Positions 22,973 to 36,668 of a DNA stretch of 64,000 nucleotides are shown here, piece after piece. Both the position numbers and the translations under genes were made by a program. The stretch is from contig CM060733.1 of assembly GCA_030704615.1 (NCBI GenBank), positions 69,254,001-69,318,000 of the forward strand, written 5' to 3'. How positions within the stretch are numbered: position 1 is the first letter of the stretch; each line of letters begins with the position of its first letter. The notes under the pieces were generated by a model. That model ran no database searches. It saw nothing but the letters and a program-made list of their open reading frames with translations, and was not told the DNA's origin. The stretch is from Takakia lepidozioides. Its lineage: Eukaryota; Plantae; Bryophyta.

Positions 22973-25900
22973 ATGTACAGTGCAGGTGGCGAACGGATGC
23001 GTAGGCGTAGAATAGATGACCGTCTATGGCGAATGGAAGAAGTTTATGCCACAAGGAATGGGCATACAAAAATGCTATGCAACTGCGATGAGTGTCATGG
23101 AGGAAAAGTACTCTTGTTGGAAACAGTGAGGAATCATTACATGATACACGGGAGGGATCCTCTTCTCCAACGTTGTTCTCTTCCGGTAAGATCGCCACTT
23201 TCCCTTCAGCACTTTAGTTTGAATTTTGAATGCAACGATCCTCTTCTCCACATGTCGACATTTCGTTGGGTGATTGTAGTCAAGAAGTCATAAGATACAG
23301 ACGTGAGTATGACTACGCCACTTCCATTATCACTTTAATTAATGCACATGTCGTGTTTTCATTGGTCATGTGTAGTCATGTAGTCATATATGACTAAGTA
23401 AGTGACTGCAACTATGACTTCAATGGTTACAAATGTCGTGTTTTGATTGGGTGTATATTCATAAGATACATACGTAAATATGACTGCATCACTGCAACGT
23501 CACCGTGCCTCCTATGTCATAATATGAACAAGTGTCACATCGTTGTTGGTCCACTCACAAGATGACTATTGGGATGCAGGGATGTGAATATTCAGATGAT
23601 GAAGACGAAGGCCCTGCGGCACAGCGGGAGCCCAATGTCACAGAGAACGCAGATGAGAGTGGTGGATTGGAGGTAGAAATGCAGCGTGCATTGCAGGAAG
23701 CGTTTCTCTTTGCAGATGCAAACAGAGAGGACCCCATTCATGGTGGAACCGATCACACATTTGCCGATCATGACGATGATCTCGACGATTCCGGAGACAA
23801 TGAATTTGATGAGAATGCTCACCTGCACGTTGATCCCGAGTATGATAAACTCTTCCGAGCGTCGCAATGTCCACTTTTTGAAGGGTGCTCCATCAGCCGG
23901 CTGCAAGCAACTTTGACGTTGTTGAACGCATGCACTACCCACAAGTGCACCAATGCATTTGTGGATGAGCTTCTGGGATTGTTGCGTAAGAGTTTTTTGC
24001 CTAAAGAGAATTCATTGCCGAAAACTCACTATGAAGCAAAAACCATGATTGCCAAGATGGGATTGCAGTACACGATGATTCATGCCTGTGAGCGTGGTTG
24101 TGTACTCTTCCGTGGGGAGTATGAGAATGTAGACATTTGCCCAGTGTGCCGCAGTTCCCGTTACATTCCAGGTCGTGGAAGTGTGCCCAAGAAAGTATTG
24201 CGACACTTCCCTGTCATTCCAAGGTTGAAACGTATGTACCGATGTAAATCGATCGCTAACCTCATGACATGGCACGACAGACATAAGAGCCAGGATGGGT
24301 TGGTTCGACATCCAGCTGATAGCAAAGCATGGAGACACATTGACACCACATTTGCGGATTTTGCTGCAGAGCCACGATCTCTGCGATTTGGATTGGCCTT
24401 AGACGGTGTAAATCCCTACGGAGCTCAATCCACAAGTTGGAGCACATGGCCCGTTCTCTTGGTCAATTACAATCTGCCTCCGTGGTTAATGACCAAAAAG
24501 TTCTTTGTCATGTTAGCGCTACTGATTCCTGGTAAGGAGTCTGTTACCTCGGACAACGTAGATGTTTACCTGATGCCCCTAGTGGAAGAGCTATTGGAAC
24601 TATGGAGAGGGATTGCAGCTCATGATGTTTCCCGTCCTCGTGGTCAACGCGAATTCACACTGAGGGCAGTGTTGATGTGGTCAATCCATGACTACCCTGC
24701 ATATGGCTTGCTCTCAGGTCAAGTGACGAAAGGTTATGCTGGTTGTCCAGCTTGTGGACCCGGGGTGACTTCACAGCAGTTACACACATGTGGAAAAATT
24801 GTTTTCCTAGGCCACCGAAGATTTTTGGCCCGCAATCATCCATATAGAAGGTCAAGAATGTTCAATGGCGCTACTGAGCATGGAACTCCTCCAAAAACGC
24901 AGACTGGAACACAAATCAAGGACCTTGCAACAGCTCGCACTGCATGGGTGGAAAACGGAGGGACGCCAGATAGCAGGACAGACCCATAAAAACTCATGGA
25001 GTTAAGCGATTGTCAATTTTATATGTCTTACCTTATTGGGAGGTAATTCCTTCATGGCCTTTAAATTGGCTGTGTACATTTTTGCGTTTTCTGTTTAAAT
25101 TGTGATGAGTAAATGCTCAATTGCTTATGTGTTCATTTTGTAGGGTCTCCTCATCCGCCACACGTTTGACGCAATGCATTGCGAGAAGAACTTGGCTGAA
25201 AATATTATTAAAACTATCTTTGGTGAGAAAGACACATTGAAAGTTCGCCGTGATTTGGAGCTACTTGGGATGCGCCCGGAATTGTGGCTACAACGTGATC
25301 CTGACAGAGCAGATACGTTAATTATGCCTCCTGCCCCTTATGTCCTCACTGAGGCTGAGTTACAAGTCTTTCTGGAGATTGTGCAGAACTTGAAAGTGCC
25401 AACAGGCTACGCATCAGCTTTCAAAAAGCATGTGGTGAAGAAGAAGTTGTCAGGCATGAAATCACATGACTATCATGTGCTCATGCAGCAAATTATACCG
25501 CTTGCTATCCGTGGGCTCATGCCAAGTGGTCCTCGAAGGGCCATTTTGCGAGTATGTCGTGTATTTAAGAAGTTGTGTGCAAAAGTGGTGAATCCTGTAG
25601 AGTATGAGGAATTGAGAACTGAAGCAGTTCTCACTCTGTGTCTTATAGAGAAGGAGTTCCCACCATCATTTTTTGATGTGATGACACATCTGGTTGTTCA
25701 CCTAGTGGATGAGTTGTACTTATGCGGGCCCGTAGCATCTCGTTGGATGTACCCCATGGAGCGGGCAATGAAAGATATGAAGGGCTACGTAAGAAACATG
25801 GCAAGGCCCGAGGGGAGCATGGCAGAAGGATACCAATTTGAAGAAGCATTGGGTTTTTGCACAGATATATGGCAGGATTTGATGGAAGTGTACGAAGGGT

Positions 25901-27123
25901 GTGGGATGCAAATGAGGCAGAATCTGTGGAACGTGAAGTTGTGGAAGGAAGTTTTAAAGCCCGAAAATTGAATGACCTGTGTGATATTGTACAGTACATC
26001 ATTCAGAACCATCCTCGTCTATCAGTCATGTTGGGGTAAGAAATCTACTTCATTGACATTCAGATTTCCAAGTTTTAGTCATTTATCATTAGTTGGCATA
26101 TGGCGTCTTTTCAAATCTCCCACGCCACCTCTGTCAATCTCCTGGCTGACCCTCGGATTGGTGACAGGATATATGAAGCAGAGTCCACACGGATAGAAGC
26201 CAGACGACGCTTGTTTCGTGAGGAGCAAGGGCTGGAAAGCATGAGCAATCCCACGGCAATTCAGTACCCTCCTGATTTGCATCCTTGTCCTCCATTTGCT
26301 GTTTGGCTCCCTCAAGGTGTACGGGATCATCTCTCAATTCAATCAGATGGGCTTGATCCTACAACACGTGAGGAATTACTGGATCTTTCAAGGCCTCCAT
26401 CATTTACTGCCCTGTCATTCAAGAGTATGACAGCGTATGGCAACCATTACAGGGTTACATCCCCCGGCATGAACACAACAAGTATGGTGTCTTTTGATTG
26501 TGGAGTCTTATCTGTTTTCCAGCACCAGCCCATTACCAACAATTCAGGCAATGACATGGAGAAACCTACAAGATATGTGGGTCTTATAAGGGAGATTTTG
26601 CAAATTGACTATGGCCAAACACAGCCTATAGTGTTTTTGTGTTCGTGGGTACGGGCGAGTTGCGTGGGTCGTCAACCTATGTCAATGAAGCAGGATGATG
26701 CTGGCTTCACACTTGTCAATTTTAACCGTATGCTTCCACCTTCTGAGCAACCTTTTGTGTTTCCTGGCCAGGTTGATCAAGTGTTTTTTTTCTTATTGTG
26801 TGAAGGAGCCGGGGTGGAAAGTCGTCCTGGAGAAGAGCCCCCGAGCACGTAGAGTGGTCTGCGACATATCAATTGATAATGATGATGTGGCGAAAGTGGA
26901 AGGATTGTTAGCCCCACAAAGACTAGAGGAGACTGTGGTTACTGATGGCCCAACATGCAGCCGAGCGGTACCGGTTACTCCAGAGCAGGTGGCCTCCTTG
27001 TACCTCCGAGCACCCCGTATACGTGGTGATGATGTTCAGCCAAGCCTTGGAGAAGATGAAGTCTGTGATGAAGACAGTGATACATGTAGTGACCCAGACA
27101 TAGATGAGGATGATGAAGATTAG
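22973..27123 (+). pseudogene. CACTA tnp2/TnpD transposase (Transposase_21, DUF4218- and DUF4216-like regions)
   Basis: IHACERGCVLF, CPVC, LRHFPVIPRL, HPADSKAW, LALDGVNPY, HDYPAYG, MHCEKN, MKSHDYHV, HLVVHL and WMYPMER. Frameshifts at ~24987, ~25866 and ~26790. Confidence 0.92.
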
Positions 27124-28789
27124 ATATGCGCGATTTGTGCACTCCAGTTATAGACCATGCATGATAGTTTAAGGTGGTAACACTCCCTTCGCATTCCCAT
27201 TAAGATATCATGCTTGGACACTGGATTTTATGATCAATTATGGAGTGCTTTCCTTTCAGCACCCTTTATTCATTTGTTGTTGCAATTGGCTTTGGACCAA
27301 CCCGTGCTGGTACCATTGCCATGGGTTCTGCCTGCAATGTTTTCTTGCCATGGATTCGGCACACGCCACGAAAGGCCATCCAGACCATCCTCTGGAAATG
27401 CTCCAATGTTGTTTCAAACGTCTCCACATTGCAATGGATACAACACTGACATTAGATGAGTGAAAGTGAGACTAGACCTCCAGCCAGCCGGCTTTCCCAC
27501 ATCAAATTGAAGGGGATCTGTACATTATAGATAACGGTTGTTGCCTTCTCAATGTCTTTTCCAATGACCTCTGCAATGAACTGGGGTATAAGATCCTTCA
27601 AATCACAAGTTTGAGCATCACGCACAAGCCACTTACGGGGATAGAGTTTCCAATGCGAACCATTGGTCTTTTATTGATAGCATTGTTGCAAAATACATGG
27701 ACCAACATGGTCAATTTCAGGAATGACATATAGTACGCTTTCATGTACTATGTAAGCATGCAACTATGTACCAGTGACGTGGCTTGTTCGCCACTTAACC
27801 TGTTTGCCCATTCAGCCAGCTCCACATTGTCATGGATTTTGCATGCTGGATTGTTAGGCCATCCACACCGTCCTCTAGAAATGCTATCATGGGGTTTCAG
27901 CTATGTCCACATTTCCCTGGATTATGCCTGCACGAAGCAAGGCCAATTGCATTCAGCACCCTCCACTTTATTATAGTATTGCAGCAACATTCAAAGCACT
28001 TCAATTTGTATCCATCGAAAACATCTAGGCTGGAAAAAGACATTGTTGCAGCAGAACTTAGGAAAGTACTTCTCCCCTTCCACTACACACGTGAAATGAA
28101 AGAAGCCAACCAACAGCATACCAGCCAGGAAAATATGAAACCAGCCAAGAAAAGAGCCAATATATGCAGTGAAGGTCGACACTAAATGAAACTTATCCAA
28201 CACTTACATTAGAGGAGGCTAAGTCTTACCTCCATAAGCTTGCCCACATCAAATTTGGGAGCTTTCAGAATTTCTCTTTTCCGGTTGAATGAACTTGGCT
28301 ACAAGATCCTTCAAATCGCAAGTTTGAGCTTCACACACAATGAACTTGCAGGGATTGAGCTTCCAATGCGAACCAGGAGTCTTATATTGATAGCATTGTT
28401 GTAAAACACATGGACCAACAATGACAGTCTCTGGAATGACATATAGTACAGTAATGACATATAGTACAGCATGCCGCTTCCAGTTGACCATCTACCCATG
28501 TAGGTTTCTTGTACCTATCCTTCCACAGGGAATCATAGGTAATGTGGAGCTTGAGATCCAGCCCTCTTGGATGAATGTGGACCCACACTCTATCCCTGCT
28601 CCTTCAGCTATCCATGCCTCTGACAGCCTACAATTCTACCAGCAAACACCCCAACCATACTGGTGTGGAGTTCTTCCCCAAAACACCCCAACCCTACTTA
28701 TCACAATCTGAAATGCATCTGCTTCTCTCTGTAGTCCAACAGGCATTCGCCTTTTTGTCTCTATTGTCCCACCATTGGGGTCGGAAAGT

Positions 28790-29150
28790 GTTCACCCCAA
28801 AACTTGTGGAGTCCGCAAGAATGCTCCAAGCTCGTGTTGGAAGCACCACGGAAGTGCCCGATCCAGGATATGGTCGGGTATTCATAATCATCACTTCCAC
28901 ATCTGTTGTTCATGACAGGACCTACGACATCACGGTTTCCAATTTCCCCAATTGCACATGTCCTGATTTTGTGAATATGCTATCAACCAGTTTGGGCAAG
29001 AGAGGTAAATTCATACCCTGCAAACATTTGTATTTCATATTTTTGAAGAGGATGGTTTGCAATCCCAAACGTGACAACTTCATTCACCAGGCCACTATGA
29101 GTTTCAACGAGGTCGATACTCTATTGCAGCAGGATACAACACATGGGTAG
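28790..29150 (+). pseudogene. C-terminal SWIM-finger fragment of a MULE transposase
   Basis: TEVPDPGYGRVF..TYDITVSNFPNCTCPDF..CKHLYFIF..FIHQ aligns with the C-terminus of ORF 6291-7778. Possibly the distal part of copy 1. Confidence 0.75.
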
Positions 29151-29754
29151 CATCAACTATGCAATGTGGTATGTGGACGACCATGATTTGAAATGTGTAA
29201 TTCACATCAATTCGTCGGCGGTGCAATGATATGGCCTCCAACTATACTGAGTGAGCTCTGAGTGACAACTTTTAAAAGCACATTTGTCATTGCACCGTTC
29301 GAAGTCTACATGTCTTGCTGTCGCTATGCACTACAATCATCTTTTGAAGATGATCCTAACTCTCATTGTTATTTGAGGAGGGATGAAGGTCTTCCCGTGG
29401 CAGCCTCTATGGCGCACACTTTGTGAGGATATTTTCTCGTCCTCGTAATTGTAAAAGTGAAACTAGCATTTGTAATTGCACAATGTTGGATGCTACAATT
29501 GTAGGCCTCATGGTAGTCTTGATTCTATTTAGGCAAGATTCCCTGCATTAATTCCACGGTCATAGGACCATCCTCGGTTATAGGCGGCGCATGTTAATGC
29601 TGACCTGGCAGATGACGGACAGTGCCACGTCATCATTTGCCGCCACATCAGCATGCTGACATGATGCTCACGCCACGTCAGCGTGGGTGCAGGCTCACGC
29701 CACGTCACTCCTGCGTGAGCGTACGCTCGCGCACTCACGTGCAACGCTTACGCC

Positions 29755-30842
29755 ATTGCGTCGTTGGTTTCTTAGGCATATACATCCTAATTGGGGAGTA
29801 CTTCCCCTTGTAACGGATCATCACCTCGTCGACAGTCACCATTTTGTTCAGATTCCAGAGACTTTTACACCTATCCACAATCTCCTCACACACCCACCTA
29901 AGCTTTCCGAGCTTATCATAATTCCGACTCTTACAATCTGCCACCAACGTGGCGTTGTCAACAAGATGCAAACAACGGAGTATGGCCTCATACCTATCTC
30001 GAGTCATCACTTTGCGGATGACATGATAAGCGAAGAATGTCTCCGAGTGTTGCCAGTAAAATCATGTTCGGGGCAACTTCTTCATGCCCATGAAGACACA
30101 GACTCCAATCCAAGCCCTGAGCTCAGGAACAGTGAGCTCTTTCCACCGAGGGCCCCCACGAGTGCCCGTACCAAAAGGTTCAGTAGCATAACGATTGGAC
30201 TCCCTACATATTCGCCCAAGCACCTGTCGCCTCCAAAACAAACCAAAAAACCAAATCGGATGTGAGCCTTTCATCTCAGGCAGGCAGGGACCAGGTTGAG
30301 GGCCAAAAAATGCAGCTCTATCACTCACAAAGTCAGAGTCTGCGTCGGTTTCCCACGTCTTCGCCTTGAACATCTCCACAAAATCGGCCAAGATTTCCTC
30401 ATCACACCTTGGGGGAGTAGATATTTTAATATGTACTGCCTCCACCTGGAAGTGACATGGAAGGTCCATGGTCAACCACCTCGTTTTCCCAGTCTGCTTC
30501 GTCAGCAGAGTTGCCCATGTATCCATCGTCACCCTCAAAATCCTCGTCCATGTCGGAAGAGGCCTCATCGTGGCCCAAAACAGGATTAGAAGACCCCTCA
30601 CCAAAAGGAACCAGTGCACCAGTGTTGGGATGCATGTCCCCCAAAGCAGCTCGACCGACGGCAAACATGCTCCCAGCACCTAGAGGCCCGCCAACACATC
30701 CCACAACACCCGAATTCACCACTCCCTTATTTTTTTTCCTCACCACACCTTTGGGAGGTGCTGTCACACTTGCAGGAACCGACCTCTTTGCACGAGCCAA
30801 CTCCTTCAGATGCCTGACTGTCAGCATCGGGCCAGACATCAT
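29755..30842 (-). pseudogene. piggyBac-like transposase (DDE_Tnp_1_7) N-terminal remnant
   Basis: PIWFFGLFW..ESNRYA..WKELTVPELRAWIG..MG..LP..YW..MTRDRYEAILRCLHL..DKLGKLR..VTVDEVMIRYKG..MYMPKKP. Premature stop at 30062-30064; truncated after KP. Confidence 0.85.
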
Positions 30843-32739
30843 CTTTCAAAATAGAATTCACAGCGTCACTGAACCCCTCCTTATCACCTTCCTCTCTTCT
30901 CTCTCTCCAACCAAGAACTAGAGCCACATGGCATCTAAACAGAAAGCAAAAATTGTGAGGATGAGGGTGGCAAGGCCAACGATTGGCGAACGGCGGTGGA
31001 GGAAAACTATAGAGGAAGGCAGGAGACAGACACCCCAATATTACCTTGCACTACTCGGGAGTGCAGTGCTGCTCCTCAAGCGCCCACTCCCTTATAACCT
31101 TTGCGGCAGCTGCAAGCTCGGGCGGGGGCGACGGTGGCTCAGACACAGGAGCGTCCTTCCTCTTTGGTGCCATACGAATCCCTGAGACCGACAGAGATCA
31201 CAGGAAATGAATGCAAGCCCTCACGATGAATCAATGCAGATGGCCCATCTTCCCCAAGCACAGGAAAGAATGATGTACCTCGGCGAATTTCACAAACTCT
31301 CCAAAACCAGCTGCAAAATGAAACCCCAACACACCACACTCCCCTGCAACCATCCCCTACCACACAAAACACAGAGCCCAAATGCATAAAAGAATTTCAC
31401 AAAACGACATGCAAGAAAAAATGACAACTTGCATTATTTTGAAAATTCGGCAGGGCACAAGAATCTAAACGCCAAACACTCAGCCCTAACAGCTGCGTCA
31501 ATGCAATCACACCCCGAGCTGTAATGTCTAGAACACACAGCAGGAAACGGAACAGCTCCCGCCGCTTCGAGCTTGGGAGAGGTAAGTCGCCATGACCTGA
31601 AAATGAAGCCCAGAAATATACCCCCCTACGAAGCGAATGCGGGCGTTCCACAGAAGATCAAGCAAAACATGCACACAAAAGTGCCAAGGAAATGCGAGAG
31701 GGGCCACGATTTGCAAGCTCCAGGAACCCAGACTCTGTGCGCGCAAAGAGAGAGCCTATTCCACGCTGCCGCCACCCATCACTGGCCACAGGGTGTTTGT
31801 AGTTTGTGCAACAAAGAGCTTATATGAGAGATTGGGTGGGAGTCACTACAACAGATTGCGGCTTTTATGACTCCCATGGGTGCGCAGTCATGACAGATTT
31901 GTGGCAGAAATGCCATTTGCAGTCGTAAAATGCTTTTGAAGTCATAATGCAGGTCTGGGGAAGGCGTATATGCGACTGCATGGCTCCGGACTCTGCGCAA
32001 CACAGGTCAAACATGTTTGACCACGAATATTGGCATGGCAGATATGACTACCAGTCACGGTCATGGCTACACTGGAATGACGTGTGTATATTGCTAGAAA
32101 GACATATGACTTCATGACTCTCACTCTAATGCATTCTGCCAGATCATCACATGGATGAATCACTACATGACTGCACATGTCGACACATGCTTTTCTGGTT
32201 ATATATATAATATATGAGTATTTATATTTTGACCACTAGAATCAATTTTAAAAAAAAAACCCGCTGCCTTATCCCGTGTGTGGGATTGTTCGTGACGGTA
32301 TGTCTGGGCGTTGATCGTCCTGTACGTCTTATGGCCCATAAATGAAGGCGGGTGAATTTTCCCCCCTCCTCAAGGGCCTGTGGTTTCCTTTAAGAAAAGA
32401 AAAAAAAAGAAAAAAAATCAAAGAGGGGCTTTTAGGGTTTACAATAAGGTTAAAAAACTTAAAAAGTTGCCCATCACGGTAGCGTGAACAGACTTAGAGC
32501 GAGCGGGAGGGAGAGAGAGAGAGGGTTGGGACTTAGAGCGAGCGAGCGGGAGAGAGGGCAAACATGCATGGGAGGCCCGCAGTTGGATCAACCTTCGCAT
32601 TTGGAGCAAGCAACCCTAGAAACGCTAGGGTATGTGTGCGAGGAGGTTTTGGCTGGGAGCCCGCCGTTCTTGGGAGAGTCAGCTTCGTCTTAGCAGGCCG
32701 TGTTTCAATCTCTACCCGCTCGGCCCTGATTTTACAGCA

Positions 32740-33520
32740 CGGAGCAGAGCTGGCATGAGTTTCTAAAAGATCCTTCACGATGGTGGGACAACCGCAATCG
32801 CAAGGTGTGGCTTTTTCTTAATGTACGATGTGAAGAAGTTTGTCCATCCTGCAAATGTGGGTTGTTGGCTCCTGTTAGTACCATGATTTGGTATTCTTCC
32901 TAATGTTTACAAGGTTCTTGGGAGAGTTAGCTTGGTCTTAGCAGGCCGTGTTTCAATCTGTGCCCACTCAGCTGCACCGTGGTGGTTCTCACTGACCAAT
33001 CCGACATTACCTGACTACAGAAAAAAGCAGCACGCTGAAGAGGTCCTCTTGGGTTCATGGTCAGTCAAATCCTCCATGGGCCATGACACAAGGTCGAGGA
33101 CAATGTGGTGAGGGCACCTTCTTCTTCGACCTATTTCAGCCTGTTTTGCCCTCTCATCAGACTCGGCCCTTCATTTGCAGCACGGAGCAGAGTTGGCATG
33201 AGATTTTTAAAGATCCTTCACGATGGTGCGACAACCGCAATGGCAAGGTGTGGCTTTTCCTTAATGTACGATGTGAAGAAGTTTGTCCATCGTGCAAATG
33301 TGGGCTGTTGGCTCCTGTTAGTACCATGATTTGGTATTCTTCCTGATGTTTCAAGGTTCTTGGGAGAGTCAGCTTGGTCTTAGCAGGCCGTGTTTCAATC
33401 TCTGCCTGCTCATCTGCACCGTGCTGGTTTTCACAGACCAATCCGACATTACCTGACTACAAGACACAAGCAGCACACACAAGAGGTCCTTTTCGGTTGA
33501 TGGTCGGTCAAATCCTCTAT
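32740..33520 (+). pseudogene. Tandemly duplicated exon fragments with an OSB-type PDF motif
   Basis: SWHEFLKDPSRWWDNRNRK|intron|TNPTLPDYRKK occurs twice. Related WWDNRGKK exons lie at ~35135 and ~35695, and on the - strand at ~28770. Confidence 0.6.
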
Positions 33521-33959
33521 GGGTTCTTCTTCGACCTATTTCAGCCTGTTTTTCCCTCTCATCAGACTCGGCCTTGAGATGCATATTGAATTATGTAAGT
33601 TAGCTCGTTGCTCATTGATAAGTAGGGTTGGGGGTGTTTGCTGGAATGATTGTTGTATGCATGATTTTGTGCAGAGGCATAGATAGCTGAAGGAGCAGGG
33701 ATAGAGTGTGGAAGAGGGCCAGATTTCAAGCTCTAGATTATCTATGATTCCCTGTGGAAGGATAGATACAAGAAACCTGCATGGGTAGATGGTCAATTGG
33801 AAGCCGCAGCAGCAGCAGCACAATTGATACAATCAAGCACTGCTAATGAAGGCACCTTCTGAAACACATTTCACCCTATTTTCCCCTCTTATCAGAATCG
33901 GCCCTAAATTTTCATGTTCAATTCTGCAAGTTAGCTGGTTGAGTGAATCTAGTTGGAGT

Positions 33960-35070
33960 GACTTTGACATGATACTGCCAATGTGACAAGAGTATGCATT
34001 GAACCCATTGGTAGCGGGATATTGGGATATCTCTTGGCCATGTGCCATCGTCAAAGCTGAAATTGTACTAGTTGTCATTCTGACCACTGCCCTAGTGGAC
34101 ATGTATGCCAAATGTGGGTGCAGCAAGCCTAATGCAAAGGGAGAGTTCGACAACATGGCTAAATGAGATGTGGTGTTGTGGACTGCCATGATTGTAAGGT
34201 GTGTGTAGCATAGGTGTGGGAGTAAGGCTTTGGAAACCTAAGAACAAATGATGTGGGAAAGGATGAAGCCAAACCAGGTCATGTTCATTTGTGTTTGTTA
34301 ATATGCATATGCGAGCCTAGCAGCCCTGGGAAGGGGCCAAGAGGTTCATGGTGACATCATCAAAGCTGGAATTGTACCTGATGTCATTCTGAACATTCTC
34401 CTGGTGTACATGTATGTCAAATGCGAGCCTGGTAGCCCTGGAAAGGATGCAAAGGTCCATTATCAAATCTGGAATTGTACCACTAGATGTCACTCTAAAC
34501 ACTGCCTTGGTGGATGTGTATGTCAAATGCACGCCTGGCAGCCCTGAAAAAGGGTACAGAGGTCCACGGTGATATTGTCAAAGCTGGTATTGTATCTGAT
34601 GTGATTCTGAACGTTGCCGTAGTGGACATGTATGCCAAGGTTGCAGGGTGCAACTACAAGGATACATGGCTGTTTTGATAATATGGCTGAATGAGATGTG
34701 GTACCAGCCTAGCCCATAATTGCACTTAACTAGAGTAGGCAATGAGTGAAGACGGGGTTTGTGATGACATCGTCCAAGCTGGAATTAAACAAATGTTGTT
34801 CTGAACTATGCCCTTGTGGACTTGTATGCCAAATTGGGGTGCATGGAGGATGATGATCCCAGGATATGCACAACAGCGGCACGGGATGGAGGCCCTTTGG
34901 AGAGGTCTATGAGCAAGTGGTGTGGGAAGGGATACTGCAGCGCAACCACATCGCGTTTGTTACATTTGCAACATGTGTGCAAGCCTGGCAGCCCTGCAAA
35001 ATAGCAAAGAGGTTCGTGGTAACATCGTCCAAGCTGGAATTGTACTAGATGTCGATCTGAACTTTGACAT
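33960..35070 (+). pseudogene. Decayed PLS-class PPR repeats
   Basis: Repeated ASLAAL..G..VHGDIIKAGIVPDVILN.ALVDMYAKCG-like units broken by stops and frameshifts. Confidence 0.75.
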
Positions 35071-36219
35071 GATGCCAATGTGACAACAGGAAAGTATCCA
35101 GAAACAGGTCACATAGACGAGGAGAAGTTGTGGAATGGTGGGACAACCGAGGGAAAAAGGTTAATGCCTGTTAGATTATAGAGGGCAGACGCAATTCAGC
35201 ATAGGAACTAGTGTGATAAGCTGAGTTGGGTGTTTCCTAGAACAAATCTAGGCTGTCATTATCAGCTGCAAGGCAAGGAAGTATGCATGATTTGTGCAGA
35301 AGCAGTGATAGCTGAAAGAGCAGGGATAGAGTATGGGTCCAGATTCATCCAAGAGGGCCAGATTTCAAGCACATGATTACCTATGATTACCTGTGGATTT
35401 AGCTATAAGAAACCTGCATGGGTAGATGGTGAACTGGAAGCCGCAGGAGTAGCGGCACAATTGATAAAATCAAGCACTGCTAATAAAGGCACCTTCTTCA
35501 ACACATTTCACCCTGTTTTTCCCTCTTATCAGAACCGGCCCTAAATTTCAATGTCTGCAAGTTAGCCGGTTGAGTGAATCTAGTTTGGAGTGACTTTGAC
35601 ATGATATTGCCAATGTGACAACATAAAAGTATCGAAAAACAGTTAATGGAGATGAGGGAAGCTGTGGAATGAATACTTTTCTGACCCCAGTCAATGGTGG
35701 GACAACCGAGGCAAAAAGGTAAATGCCTGTTGGATTACAGAGAGTAGCAGATGCAATTGAGAATAGGAACTAGTGTGGTAAGTTGAGTTGGGTGTTTGCT
35801 GGAACAAATGTAGGCTGTCATTGTCAGCTGCTAACAGCAATGCAAGGATATATGCATGATCTGTGCAGAGGCATGGATAGCTGAAGGAGCAGGGATAGAG
35901 TGTGGGCAGATCATCCAAGAAAGCCGGATTTCAAGCTCCAGATTACCAATGATTCCCTGTGGAAGGATAGCTACAAGAAACCTGCATGGGTAGATGGTAG
36001 ATAGTTTGGAGTGACTTTGACATGATACTGCCAAAGTGACAATAAAAAAGTATCCATAAACAGGTAACAGTAGCAGACGCAATTCAGCACAGGCACTAAG
36101 GCAAACTCTCCTTCCCCGTAAGGGTGTGTTTTGGTATCTGAGCGAATAAATATTTTATCTAAGAATATAATTTCAAAAATTCGTTATTTAATAATGTGTC
36201 ACTGTCCCATGTTGGTCAG

Positions 36220-36239
36220 TAATAATAATAATAATAACA

Positions 36240-36270
<31 letters not shown>

Positions 36271-36290
36271 GTAATTATAATAACAATAAA
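36220..36290. repeat. (AAT)n microsatellite
   Basis: Directly visible. Confidence 0.9.
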
Positions 36291-36668
36291 GTAAATCCCC
36301 AACCCCCAACAGCGACGCGTGTCAATTGACATGAGGAACCACGTGTCAAAATCACGATGCGACTGATTCCCTCCTCTGCAGTCGGATGGCGTCGCAGTTT
36401 GACACGTGGCGTGTTCTGTAGAGAGCACGTGTCTCTCTTACACAACGGCTGACATGGACCCGTTCAGTCATTCAGTAAAGCCAGCGTGTATGACTACCCC
36501 CACAGCTGCTCAGGTGCCACGTCACAGCCAGGCTGGCGAGTAATATCTGCCATGCCACAACTGACTAGGGTTTTACGACTGCAGAGTCATGAAGTCGTAA
36601 ATGGCTTTCATAACTGCATTTGCAGTCATAACACAGAGTCGTAAAAGCCGCAATCTGTTGTAGTGAGT

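Larger units (their letters stand above)
2112..27123. mobile_element. CACTA (En/Spm) element with left TIR, TnpA-like gene (-) and tnp2 transposase gene (+); right end not found
   Basis: CACTACAACAGATGAGCGTTTTTATGACT at 2112 resembles the TIR at 31844. It is followed by ATGACTA-rich subterminal repeats and two divergently oriented CACTA-type genes. The end coordinate given is only the tnp2 stop codon. Confidence 0.75.
31844..36665. mobile_element. Non-autonomous CACTA element carrying captured gene fragments
   Basis: Perfect 24-bp TIRs CACTACAACAGATTGCGGCTTTTA at 31844 and ending at 36665. 3-bp TSD AGT at 31841-31843 and 36666-36668. No transposase inside. Confidence 0.92.

Noticed and set aside
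2112-36665. One 34.5-kb CACTA from the 2112 TIR to the 36665 TIR
   Set aside because: Flanks are AGG versus AGT, whereas the 31844 TIR matches 36665 perfectly and shares the AGT TSD.
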